From Verrucomicrobiota bacterium (GTDB lineage: Bacteria; Verrucomicrobiota; Verrucomicrobiia; Verrucomicrobiales; DEV007), in the NCBI GenBank assembly GCA_045046875.1, contig JASFYY010000141.1, forward strand, positions 1-26,893: a stretch of DNA of 26,893 nucleotides. The letters run 5' to 3'. A program made the translations under genes and the position numbers. This document shows positions 16,846-25,711 of the stretch, one piece after another; within the stretch, counting starts at the first letter, position 1, and each line of letters begins with the position of its first letter. Below the pieces are notes generated by a model. The model saw nothing but the letters and a program-made list of their open reading frames with translations. It was not told the origin of the DNA and did no database searches.

Positions 16846-18276
16846 CTAATAAGGGATCTCGCGGATGTAGATGTTTTTGAAATTCAGTTCATCGCCGTGG
16901 TTTTGAAGTTCAATTTGGTCTTCACGGAATACAGGGGTCTGGCGGGTTTTGTCCCAGAAGTTTTCCAATACGGTGCGATCAACCACTAATTTGCCATTGA
17001 GCCAGATGGTGGCTTTTTCTCCGACCATGCGGATCAGGAAGGTGTTCCATTCACCGATGGGATTATCGGCGAGAGTGAGCGGCACATTGCGTGAGTGTTT
17101 GTTATTCCACAGACTGCCGGATCCCAGATTACGTCCTGTTCTGTAGGCGGCGACGATGTCTTCCGGGGTGGTCGCAGGTTTGGAGGTCTTGGCTTTGCGA
17201 TCCTTGAGAGTATTGTCCCAGGGATCCCAGATTTGAACCTGGGGCGTGCCACGCAGGTAGATGCCGGAGTCAGCTGCGTGATGAATTTTCCAGTCCACAT
17301 AGAATTCGAAGTCACCGTAGTCTTTACCGGTGCAGAGGCTCTTGCCGCCGCCGTTGTAGATGAGTTCGCCACCTTTGACGCTCCAGTGTTCGTTCATGCT
17401 TTTATCAGCGATTTCCTGGGCTTTTTTCAGATCCGCGCCTTTCAGTGCGCGACGTTTGAGAGCGTTGGTATCGGCCAGTCCTTTCCATCCCTTGAGGTCC
17501 GTGCCGTTGAACAGGGCGGTGAAGCCTTTGGGTGCGGTATTGTCCTTGTCGGTTTTTGGTTTGGCGGGACTTGGGCTGAAATCGGCAATTCTCAAATCCT
17601 TGAAATCCGTAGGATCGTTGTGGCCGAGGATCATCAGGTGCCCTTTGGGATTACGAAGTCCCGGATGCTGGTGACCATCGATTGGTGTGACGCGGTCGAG
17701 ATTGGCATCGACGATGACGGCTCCGTTGACGATCACTTTCACATGATCTTCGATACAGATGATGGTTTCGTGATTCCATTCGCCGGCGGGTTTCAGGTAG
17801 CCGGTTTTGGCTGGAACCACACCGTAGATGGAGCCGTGTTTTTGATAGGGCTTGGCGTTTTTGTATTCCGTATCGAGGATCTGGATTTCCATCCCGCCGA
17901 TGTGGGGAGGGGCGCCTTTGGGCACGCGCAGGCCGATGCCGTTGTTGCCGGCGCTTTCGAGTTTGAATTTGAAGTCGATAATAAAATCACTGTATTCTTT
18001 TTCGGTGGAAATGGAGTGGGCTCCTTTGGGGCAGGTGACATTGGCTCCGTCAATTTTGTAGTTGGCGGTATCGCCGGTCCAGCCGGTGAAATCCTTGCCG
18101 TTGAACAGCGGCACCCAGTTACTGACTTTGTCGAGCATGGCCTGGGTTTTTTTACCGGCGACGATGGCGGGATCGGGGCCTTTTTTCTTCGGTGCGGCTT
18201 GCGCGGGAAGGGAGAGTCCGGCGATCAGCCCGAGGCCGATGGCGGAGGTGAGTAGGGTGAGTTTATTGGTTTTCAT
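16846..18276 (-). CDS. Tandem DUF1080 (3-keto-disaccharide hydrolase-like) protein, secreted
   Basis: Signal peptide; two domains with LFNGKDFTGW / LFNGTDLKGW, GNNGIGLR / DSGIYLR, EIQILD, GEWN, LQNHG..FKNIYIRE. Confidence 0.9.
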   Translation of the reverse strand: MKTNKLTLLTSAIGLGLIAGLSLPAQAAPKKKGPDPAIVAGKKTQAMLDKVSNWVPLFNGKDFTGWTGDTANYKIDGANVTCPKGAHSISTEKEYSDFIIDFKFKLESAGNNGIGLRVPKGAPPHIGGMEIQILDTEYKNAKPYQKHGSIYGVVPAKTGYLKPAGEWNHETIICIEDHVKVIVNGAVIVDANLDRVTPIDGHQHPGLRNPKGHLMILGHNDPTDFKDLRIADFSPSPAKPKTDKDNTAPKGFTALFNGTDLKGWKGLADTNALKRRALKGADLKKAQEIADKSMNEHWSVKGGELIYNGGGKSLCTGKDYGDFEFYVDWKIHHAADSGIYLRGTPQVQIWDPWDNTLKDRKAKTSKPATTPEDIVAAYRTGRNLGSGSLWNNKHSRNVPLTLADNPIGEWNTFLIRMVGEKATIWLNGKLVVDRTVLENFWDKTRQTPVFREDQIELQNHGDELNFKNIYIREIPY

Positions 18277-18355
18277 GAATACTTGGGTTGAGACACGTTT
18301 GCTGAGGTTTTGTTGAATAATTGTTATTTTCAGTCATTCGGAAGGGCTGTGTCAA

Positions 18356-19759
18356 TTAGGGATCGGTGGCTGATGAGGTATTTTCGGAGAGTAGTAAACT
18401 TCCGCTATACAAATTAATATTCGTTTTGGGGTGATCCCAATTTGCATCGATGATTAACTCTACTTTTTTATTGATGGAATTCGAGCTTAAATATTCTAGC
18501 GCATCAAATTTGAAATAGAAGCAGACAGGCGTTTCATGGGGGTGATGTTCTGAATAATAGTCAGAGAAGATATTAGATTCGTATATGGGAGTTACTGGAA
18601 TATTTGTTGCGTTTATTTTGAGAGTCAAATAAATCCCGATATCGTTTAAATTGGTTAATTGCGAGGTTAGATAGCACCCTGTTATATTTATTAGAGACGA
18701 GTGATTTGATGCAGTTATTTTGATGTTCATCGGGCAGTCGGGCTTTACCATTCCCATTTCCGAAACATATTTCCCATGCAATCTCATGTTGAACAATAAA
18801 GTGTGAATCAGTGCGAATGGCCATAAATGGGGTTGTAAGAATATGGCAAGAAACAATATGCTCTGAGGTAACCAAGTACGGTAGTAAACATCGATATCCT
18901 GATCCCAGGCGAATGATTTTAAGAGAGGGGTTTTTTGTTGGTTGCTTATTTTATATCTTTTTATCAATAGGTAGGTGATGTAAGTGCAAAACCCTAGAAG
19001 AGGAATTATGGATGTTTTTATGGATAGCAGAAGGAGGTATGTTAGTAGAATGCCTTCCAAGGGGGAGATGAAATAGCGGCTAATAAATATTGATCTCTTG
19101 AGGCCTATTCTAGTAACTGCTGTCAGAATACCCGATTTTAAATCGTCTTCAAAATCATCGATTTCATGGCCAATGATGCCTCTCAGTCCACTGAAAAACT
19201 GCCAGGCAAGGGCTATAATGAACAGTAAGCTGTGGTTTGTAGGGTTGCTGGAGCTCAGCTGAGTGGAGATTAAGCATGCGATCGCAAAAGGGATGACATG
19301 CGCATACAGGGAGTCGACGATGACGCCGATGAATGATTCTTTGAACCGAAGAGGAGGAAGGGAATAGATGATAAATAAAGCAGCTTCGATAGTCGCCAGT
19401 AAGTAAATGATAGGAGCGGCTTTGATCAGGATGAGTGCAGAAAATGAAAAAAATAGAGTTACAGTTATTAGGCTGTATCTTTTTTTCGTGGATACTGAGG
19501 ATAAGGAATTTTTTCTAGATGCTTTAGCATCTGTTTTCAAATCGCCGAGGTTGTTGATTATATGTCCAAAAGATGCGGTAAAGATAAAATAAGTCAGTAG
19601 AGCCAAAAAACAAAAGATGGCATTAAGCGTTGGAACATCACTTCCGATGAGGAGAAAGTAGAAAGGTGTAAAAAGGTAACTAAGTTTATAGTTCCACCAA
19701 TCATTGAGTCGGCTTAGTTTTTTAGCCCGACTAAATAAGCTGGATTTTTTTTCGGTCAT
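18356..19759 (-). CDS. UbiA-superfamily membrane prenyltransferase with a soluble C-terminal extension
   Basis: Multiple TM helices; first Asp-rich motif NNLGDLKTD, YSLPPLRFK, second motif HEIDDFEDDLKSGILT. Confidence 0.85.
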   Translation of the reverse strand: MTEKKSSLFSRAKKLSRLNDWWNYKLSYLFTPFYFLLIGSDVPTLNAIFCFLALLTYFIFTASFGHIINNLGDLKTDAKASRKNSLSSVSTKKRYSLITVTLFFSFSALILIKAAPIIYLLATIEAALFIIYSLPPLRFKESFIGVIVDSLYAHVIPFAIACLISTQLSSSNPTNHSLLFIIALAWQFFSGLRGIIGHEIDDFEDDLKSGILTAVTRIGLKRSIFISRYFISPLEGILLTYLLLLSIKTSIIPLLGFCTYITYLLIKRYKISNQQKTPLLKSFAWDQDIDVYYRTWLPQSILFLAIFLQPHLWPFALIHTLLFNMRLHGKYVSEMGMVKPDCPMNIKITASNHSSLINITGCYLTSQLTNLNDIGIYLTLKINATNIPVTPIYESNIFSDYYSEHHPHETPVCFYFKFDALEYLSSNSINKKVELIIDANWDHPKTNINLYSGSLLLSENTSSATDP

Positions 19760-19765
19760 TCTGAA

Positions 19766-20632
19766 CTATTTAGTGGATTGAGCTTCAGTAGGAAAGGAGA
19801 AGCCTGTGTTCTGAAGCTTTTCGGAGTTGAAGCGATCCACAGCATAATCGTATAGTTGTTGATCAATTTCGACGAAGTTTTCTAGTTTTCTACGTAATCC
19901 GAGATGGATACTAGATGACCAGAAATCGGGAGTGATGACGTTTTTTCGCTGAGGAGCAACTCTTTCGAGCAGTAGGGTGCGTTCGCCAGGTAGATTGAGG
20001 CAGTTGGCGATATGGTTTACGGATTCTACTGATTGCTCAAAAATGCCAAATGTCGGCATGCGATCAAGGAAAGTAATCGCATTTTCAAGCATCAAATGTT
20101 GGGGTGGAATGGAAGACTGTTTCATTAGCTCTTGAATTTGCTGGGAATCAGGCTTGCCCTTGGTTAAAAGCTGAAGAAGGGGGCGACGAACGGTAAGCTC
20201 CTGAGCTTGGGCATTCTGGATGGCTTCGATAAATGCTGGCACATCCAACATTGCTTCTACCGGATGAGCAGAGGTCAGGATGTTCTGGTAATGGTCTTTC
20301 CAACCAGGGTGTTGTTCCACAGCTGGCTCGCGTAATATGTGTTGAGCTAAAGAGAGAATACGTTCGATTGGTTTCCGGAGGTAGGTTACCGTGGCTACAG
20401 GGGAATCTAAGATATCAAGTAATGAGGCACCAAAATGTCCGGAGTAACATGAGTAGCTATTGATTTCTTCAAGGGGGAGCTCCAACAGCCCAACGAGATC
20501 ATAACAAGGTATGGAGTTTTCGGCAGTATAGAGACGACGGAGCCAACCCCCAAATGCTGATCCTGAAGTTTTGGGGATATGAAGAAAGTAAACTTTTCGA
20601 GATGGAGGTGCAGATTGATTGGGTTCTGACAT
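19766..20632 (-). CDS. PAPS-dependent sulfotransferase (family 2-like)
   Basis: 5'-PSB motif FLHIPKTSGS, SGHF, 3'-PB motif TYLRKPIERILS, C-terminal DQQLYDYA. Confidence 0.88.
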   Translation of the reverse strand: MSEPNQSAPPSRKVYFLHIPKTSGSAFGGWLRRLYTAENSIPCYDLVGLLELPLEEINSYSCYSGHFGASLLDILDSPVATVTYLRKPIERILSLAQHILREPAVEQHPGWKDHYQNILTSAHPVEAMLDVPAFIEAIQNAQAQELTVRRPLLQLLTKGKPDSQQIQELMKQSSIPPQHLMLENAITFLDRMPTFGIFEQSVESVNHIANCLNLPGERTLLLERVAPQRKNVITPDFWSSSIHLGLRRKLENFVEIDQQLYDYAVDRFNSEKLQNTGFSFPTEAQSTK

Positions 20633-20653
20633 GCTGAATTAAGCGGAATGGGA

Positions 20654-21796
20654 TTATTTGAATCGTTCGAGCGTGAGAGGTAATTTTTTAGGGCCTCGGA
20701 AAACAGAGTAGTTAACTAATGGGGGTTCATCAAGAGGCCAGTTGGGTGAAATATTACTAAACTGATTGAGCAAAGTTTTGATAACAATTTTGGCTTCTAG
20801 TCGGGCAAGATTCATTCCCAGGCATTGGTGATTACCAAAACCAAAGCCAAGATGTTTGTTGCGACGGCGATTGTATTGGAATTTGTCAGCGTCGGGGAAC
20901 TGTTTCTCATCGCGGTTGGCTGAGGCTAATAGGAGTTCGATTTTGTGCCCTTCGGGAATTAGTATTCCGTTTATTTGGCTAGGAGAGAGGGTTGTTCTAC
21001 GGATGCTTTGGGTAGGTGATTCAAATCGGACCACTTCCTCAATAAACAAAGGAATATTGCTAGGCGACTTGCGTAGAAGGTCAGCGAGGCTACTGCTCTC
21101 GGCTAAGATCTTGACGATTGTGCCGAGTAGGTCGTTGGTAGTAACCAGACCTGCCGCAGTCATAATCATGCAAATGTCATTGATTTCGTTGTCGTTAAGA
21201 ACAAAGAGTTCACTGAAGCCATCTTGAGTGTTTTGCCTGCGGGTTTGATTAATGTGTTTTTTGAAAAAATTGCGACATTCTCCTACAGGATCTTCTTGGC
21301 CATTTTTTGGATTAAATGATTCGGGATTTATGAGTGCATCCGACCATCGTTTGAGATCACTACAGTTTTCAGGCTTTAATCTTAGTAGGAAGGCGACGAT
21401 TTTAGTGGGTAACAGTTCGGCGACTTCCTGCATGAATTCGCAGGAACCTTCCTTGTCGATGTCTTGTGTGAGCTCTTGAACCCATATGGGGAGGTAGTCC
21501 TCTAGCAATTTTATTGTTTGCTGATTAAAAAGTTTGCGGACAATAGAGCGCACTCGGTCGTGAGGCTCTCCGTTTGCACCAACTAAAGTGGATTCAAAAG
21601 AACAATGGGTATTCGAATAAATATTAGGACTGTTGAGAACAGCAAGACAGTCGTCGTATCGGCTTATGATCCAAGCTTGTTTTTCTTCACTAAACATCAC
21701 AGGAGAATGTTTGCGTAAATAGTAGTAGTATGGGTAAGGGTTTTGCTGGAAATCAGTTGTGAAAAAAAACGCAGTTGAAGAATTCAATGAAATCAT
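20654..21796 (-). CDS. Cytochrome P450 (soluble bacterial type)
   Basis: NPYPYY, ExxR (EEVVRFESP), SANRDE, heme motif FGFGNHQCLG. Confidence 0.96.
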   Translation of the reverse strand: MISLNSSTAFFFTTDFQQNPYPYYYYLRKHSPVMFSEEKQAWIISRYDDCLAVLNSPNIYSNTHCSFESTLVGANGEPHDRVRSIVRKLFNQQTIKLLEDYLPIWVQELTQDIDKEGSCEFMQEVAELLPTKIVAFLLRLKPENCSDLKRWSDALINPESFNPKNGQEDPVGECRNFFKKHINQTRRQNTQDGFSELFVLNDNEINDICMIMTAAGLVTTNDLLGTIVKILAESSSLADLLRKSPSNIPLFIEEVVRFESPTQSIRRTTLSPSQINGILIPEGHKIELLLASANRDEKQFPDADKFQYNRRRNKHLGFGFGNHQCLGMNLARLEAKIVIKTLLNQFSNISPNWPLDEPPLVNYSVFRGPKKLPLTLERFK

Positions 21797-21839
21797 AGCA
21801 TCAATGTTTTTAAATACTTTGAGGGCGAGTCGGCTGAAG

Positions 21840-24800
21840 CTATTTCCGTTTCACATCAAATTTCATGGGAAGTTCGCTTGGCCCACGAAGAAGGAAGTAA
21901 TTCCTTTGCGGGGATTCGTCCAGTGGCCAGTTTGCTGAAAATGAGTCGGATTGTTCGAGCAGAAGTTCGATAGCTATTTTGGTCTCTAGTCGGGCGAGGT
22001 GCATGCCGATGCATTGGTGTGCGCCGTGTCCAAACGAGAGGTGATTGTTAGGTCTGCGGTCAAAGATGAATTGTTCAGAATCAGCAAATTGAGTTTCGTC
22101 GCGGTTTGCAGACCCGATCAAGAGCTGTATCATTTGCCCTCCGGCTATGGTATGTCCGCCAAGTAGGGTAGGTTTTGTGGTGTAGCGGAATACATCTTGT
22201 GGAGGAGATTCGAAGCGAAGGACCTCTTCGATAAAAGTGGGGATTTTTTGCGGATTAAGCCTGAGTTGGCTGGCAAGGTTTTTGTCGAGAGCCAGGATCA
22301 TGGCAGAGGAGCCTATGAGATTGAGAGTTGTTACAAATCCGGCTACCATTAAGAGCATGCAAATATCTATGATTTCAGGATCGCTGAGCTGCTTGCCGCC
22401 ACTGCTAGATTGGATGAGTTCCTGGAAGGCGTCGTGAGTTTGGTTTTTACGTTCTTTATCGATATGTTGCTGAAAAAAAGAACGGCATTCTTTGATTGGA
22501 TTATTTTGTTTCTGATCAGTTGTGGTATTATCAGGGTATAATAGAGCGTCTGCCCATTTGTTCATATCTTGGTAACGGTCGGGTTCCAAGCGCAGCAGAT
22601 AGGCTATGACTTTGACGGGAAGCACTTCAGCCACCTCTTTCATGAAGTCGCCGCAACCACGACTACGGATATTCTTGAATAGCGGAATAGCCCATTGTTT
22701 GATGTTTTTTTGCAGGGCTTGTATTAACTCCAGGCTGAAAAGCTCTTGAACGACCGAGCGCACTCTTTCGTGCTTTTCTCCGTCAGCTCCAAGGAGGGCG
22801 GATTCAAAAGAAGTTTGATGGGTGGTGAAGGTAGTGTCATCTTTTAAGACCTGTAGGCAATCACTATAATTGCTTACCAACCAGGTTTGACTACCTTCAT
22901 TAAAAAATACCGGGTGATGATGACGTAAAAAATTGTAATAAGGGTAAGGGTTTTTGAGGAATTCTTTTGACCCAAAAATTTCAGGTGGTTGTTTTATTGA
23001 GGCTGAGGCTGAGGGTTGGTAATCTTTAAGTGTTGCGTGGCGTGAAAGAGCTTCAAGGCAGAAGCCGGTGGTCAACTCTTCGGACCCCCAGTATTCATTT
23101 GGGCCTCTGTAGAAGGGGTGTCGTGACCAGGATCCATCACCTTGCTGGTTGTTCAGCAGGTAAGTGATTAAGTCATTTAGAATAGGTGATTCGGGAGCAA
23201 TGGTGATCAAGGTGCAAGCGGCAAGTGAGGCGCTTAGCGGGGAATGTTCAGCTAGAGTTGATGAAAAACGGGATTCGATGCGAGCAGTGATTTGTGGAGA
23301 TGTTTCTTGAAGGCTGGGAGCACTGTGTTGGCAAGCTCTAGCGATCATATAATAAAGAGCCAGCACATCGTGGTAGTAAAAGCTGGACCCTTCTTCGGAG
23401 TTGGAGTCGATCAGTTTCACAAGGTAATTGACGATGGATTCAGTATCTGAATTTTCTCCTAGGTAGAGCAATACATTGGCGTTCACAACAGAATCGATCT
23501 CTTTAGGGAGAGATGGATCCTTGATGGAGTCAAAACGCCTGTTCCCCTCGTATTCAACGGGCTTGGGAGGTGTGTTGATAGCCGCCTGACCTTCGAGATC
23601 GGACAAAAAAGCTTTGTATTTTTCGGTGCTGGTTTCGTCAGCTAGTAGCCAAGTGCAAAAAAGGTGATTTGAATTCTGGTTGCTTTTGAAAATCCATTCA
23701 TTGTCTGGGATTTCCCTGCCATTATCTTTCAAAACAAATGAAGCGCACGAAGTGTCGTCCAAGTCCGGAGGGATGCGTGTGTGTTTGAATTGTTTATTGG
23801 AGTAATAACGCCAAACCCCTCCACGTTCCATCTGGCTTTCTAGGAATGCCAGGGAGCGATCAATGATCACTTTGCTGGCAGGCAAGCATGATTTTAAAGA
23901 GTGAGCAAGAAGGCTGGTGACAAAAGGGGAGCTATCCCAGACGCCATCGCTGAGGGAGCTATTTGATGAAATCAAAGTTTCGAATTCACCGTCTTCGTGT
24001 TGTTTGCTGCTTAAATACTCGATTCCGTGATCGATTGATTTACGGAGATTATTAAGGTTCAGTGGGATCTTTTGTGAGTCATTCTGATGGGGTTTCTGGT
24101 TTTCGAGTGGGATGTCTTTGAATATCCAATCTGCCAAAGCATCTACATAATTTTTGTAAGAGTGATGGCTTTGCACATAGGTGGCTCCTTGATTTTTCAC
24201 TCGGATACGTTGATCGGACGCTCCCATTAGGCTGTCGATGGCTTTAATGGTTTCACCCATATTTTGATAGGGAACTACGATGCCGAAACCGGTTTCGCGG
24301 ATGATGTCGCGACTTCCCTGGCCCTTATCAAAACCAACCACCGGGATGCCCATAAGGAATGATTCGAGGACCACACTAGGGAAAGGATCGATTCGCGAGC
24401 AGAGTAGGAAAACGTCCGCTTGCAATAGAGCGGGGCGAATATCTTCCGTCTCATCGAGGTGGTGAAAGTGCCCGATGATACCTTCTTGTTGCAAATCATG
24501 CATCGCATGGAAAAAGAGATCTTTATCGCCAATGCTCCCGACCCACAGGAAATGAGTATTCGCTGCATGTGGGGAGGTTTTTGAATATTTGATGATCAAT
24601 GAGGTTAACCAGTCAAACCCTTTGCGGGAGTCGACGGTTCCACAAGACATCACTAATCGGTCACTCGCTTGTAGATGATTTACAGAGCGAAAGGTTTCGG
24701 TGAACTCGCTGATGTCATTTTCGGTGGGAGCCTGTTTTTCTAGGAGGTAACATCCTTGGGGGTAAACAGAGAACTTAGTAACAGAGTTTTCTGTATGGCT

Positions 24801-25706
24801 TGTGAATTTCCGGGCAGCAAAGCTTTGCAGGACTGCTTGGCAGGGGAAAACGACGTTGCTTGCAGCAGCGAAGTGACGTTGTACCCACTCATGATCAAAG
24901 GCATAAGGGTATTCGTGAATCAGTGATCTGACATCCATGCCTGCAGCGGCGCAAGCTTCGGCAATGCCGGTAGAGCAGAGAGAATTGATCAGTGCGATTT
25001 GATTGTATGTGACTTGGTTGAGCTCAGCAAAAAAAACAGTAACTTCAGGTATTGTGGTTTTGAACGCCTGCTCGAGATTTTCGACAATCAAAAGGCATTG
25101 CTCGTTAAAATCGGAAAACAAGGTTTCCTTTGGAGCTAAGGACAAAAGGATTATTTCGCAGTCATGCCGTTGTTTGAGATGCCGGATAATCTCGAGGATG
25201 ATCATGGGAGCTCCGGTTCGGGTCATGTCGTGAGTCCCGACCACGAGTATTTTTTTCCCGGTTAACTTCGCGAGTTTGGTAGTGGCTTCTTTGAGCCGAG
25301 TTCTTAGAGTCAGGGTAGATTCTTTTCTTTTCTCTAAATTACGGAGTAAACGCTCAGTAGGAAGTTCTCTTGGGGCTTTGGGGAATATCTCCCCAGTTTC
25401 GAGAACTTTAAACTGGAACAAGTGAGGGGTGTTGAATGGTTTTAACCATTCATAAGGAACAGGAAGTGAGAAGCCATGCCCGTCAGAGATTTCTGCTTTG
25501 AGTGAATTTTTGTTGGCTAAAGTTGAAACGATGACTTCGCCGCTGGAGTCGATCAAACCTACATGGAAGTGGAGGTTGACGGAATTTTGGTTGAAAACGC
25601 CACCGTGGAAACATAAATCTTCGATTCCAAAATAGCGTTTTTTGGTTGAGGTTACACCTGCTTTCCGTTGTGTGATGCCTTTTTTTAGTTTCGAAAGAAA
25701 GGTCAT
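21840..25706 (-). CDS. Multidomain fusion: GT-B glycosyltransferase (GT4-like) + class II terpene cyclase-like beta domain + cytochrome P450
   Basis: aa ~150-530: THDMTRTGAP, GTVDSRKG, SRIDPFPSVVLE (D/E-x7-E). aa ~554-890: QW-like repeats (KQHEDGEF, QMERGGVW, QQGDGSW) and DLDDT at aa 648-652. aa ~910-1288: EEVLRFESP and FGHGAHQCIG (Cys1232). Confidence 0.88.
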   Translation of the reverse strand: MTFLSKLKKGITQRKAGVTSTKKRYFGIEDLCFHGGVFNQNSVNLHFHVGLIDSSGEVIVSTLANKNSLKAEISDGHGFSLPVPYEWLKPFNTPHLFQFKVLETGEIFPKAPRELPTERLLRNLEKRKESTLTLRTRLKEATTKLAKLTGKKILVVGTHDMTRTGAPMIILEIIRHLKQRHDCEIILLSLAPKETLFSDFNEQCLLIVENLEQAFKTTIPEVTVFFAELNQVTYNQIALINSLCSTGIAEACAAAGMDVRSLIHEYPYAFDHEWVQRHFAAASNVVFPCQAVLQSFAARKFTSHTENSVTKFSVYPQGCYLLEKQAPTENDISEFTETFRSVNHLQASDRLVMSCGTVDSRKGFDWLTSLIIKYSKTSPHAANTHFLWVGSIGDKDLFFHAMHDLQQEGIIGHFHHLDETEDIRPALLQADVFLLCSRIDPFPSVVLESFLMGIPVVGFDKGQGSRDIIRETGFGIVVPYQNMGETIKAIDSLMGASDQRIRVKNQGATYVQSHHSYKNYVDALADWIFKDIPLENQKPHQNDSQKIPLNLNNLRKSIDHGIEYLSSKQHEDGEFETLISSNSSLSDGVWDSSPFVTSLLAHSLKSCLPASKVIIDRSLAFLESQMERGGVWRYYSNKQFKHTRIPPDLDDTSCASFVLKDNGREIPDNEWIFKSNQNSNHLFCTWLLADETSTEKYKAFLSDLEGQAAINTPPKPVEYEGNRRFDSIKDPSLPKEIDSVVNANVLLYLGENSDTESIVNYLVKLIDSNSEEGSSFYYHDVLALYYMIARACQHSAPSLQETSPQITARIESRFSSTLAEHSPLSASLAACTLITIAPESPILNDLITYLLNNQQGDGSWSRHPFYRGPNEYWGSEELTTGFCLEALSRHATLKDYQPSASASIKQPPEIFGSKEFLKNPYPYYNFLRHHHPVFFNEGSQTWLVSNYSDCLQVLKDDTTFTTHQTSFESALLGADGEKHERVRSVVQELFSLELIQALQKNIKQWAIPLFKNIRSRGCGDFMKEVAEVLPVKVIAYLLRLEPDRYQDMNKWADALLYPDNTTTDQKQNNPIKECRSFFQQHIDKERKNQTHDAFQELIQSSSGGKQLSDPEIIDICMLLMVAGFVTTLNLIGSSAMILALDKNLASQLRLNPQKIPTFIEEVLRFESPPQDVFRYTTKPTLLGGHTIAGGQMIQLLIGSANRDETQFADSEQFIFDRRPNNHLSFGHGAHQCIGMHLARLETKIAIELLLEQSDSFSANWPLDESPQRNYFLLRGPSELPMKFDVKRK

Positions 25707-25711
25707 CTATA

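Noticed and set aside
17095..18255. 386-aa plus-strand ORF
   Set aside because: Antisense shadow of the well-supported DUF1080 gene with no recognisable motifs; the same applies to 25760..26467 and the other short overlapping ORFs.
23040..24050. Calling the cyclase-like domain squalene-hopene cyclase (shc)
   Set aside because: Only one ~335-aa barrel is present whereas SHC has two domains; the substrate cannot be assigned from sequence.
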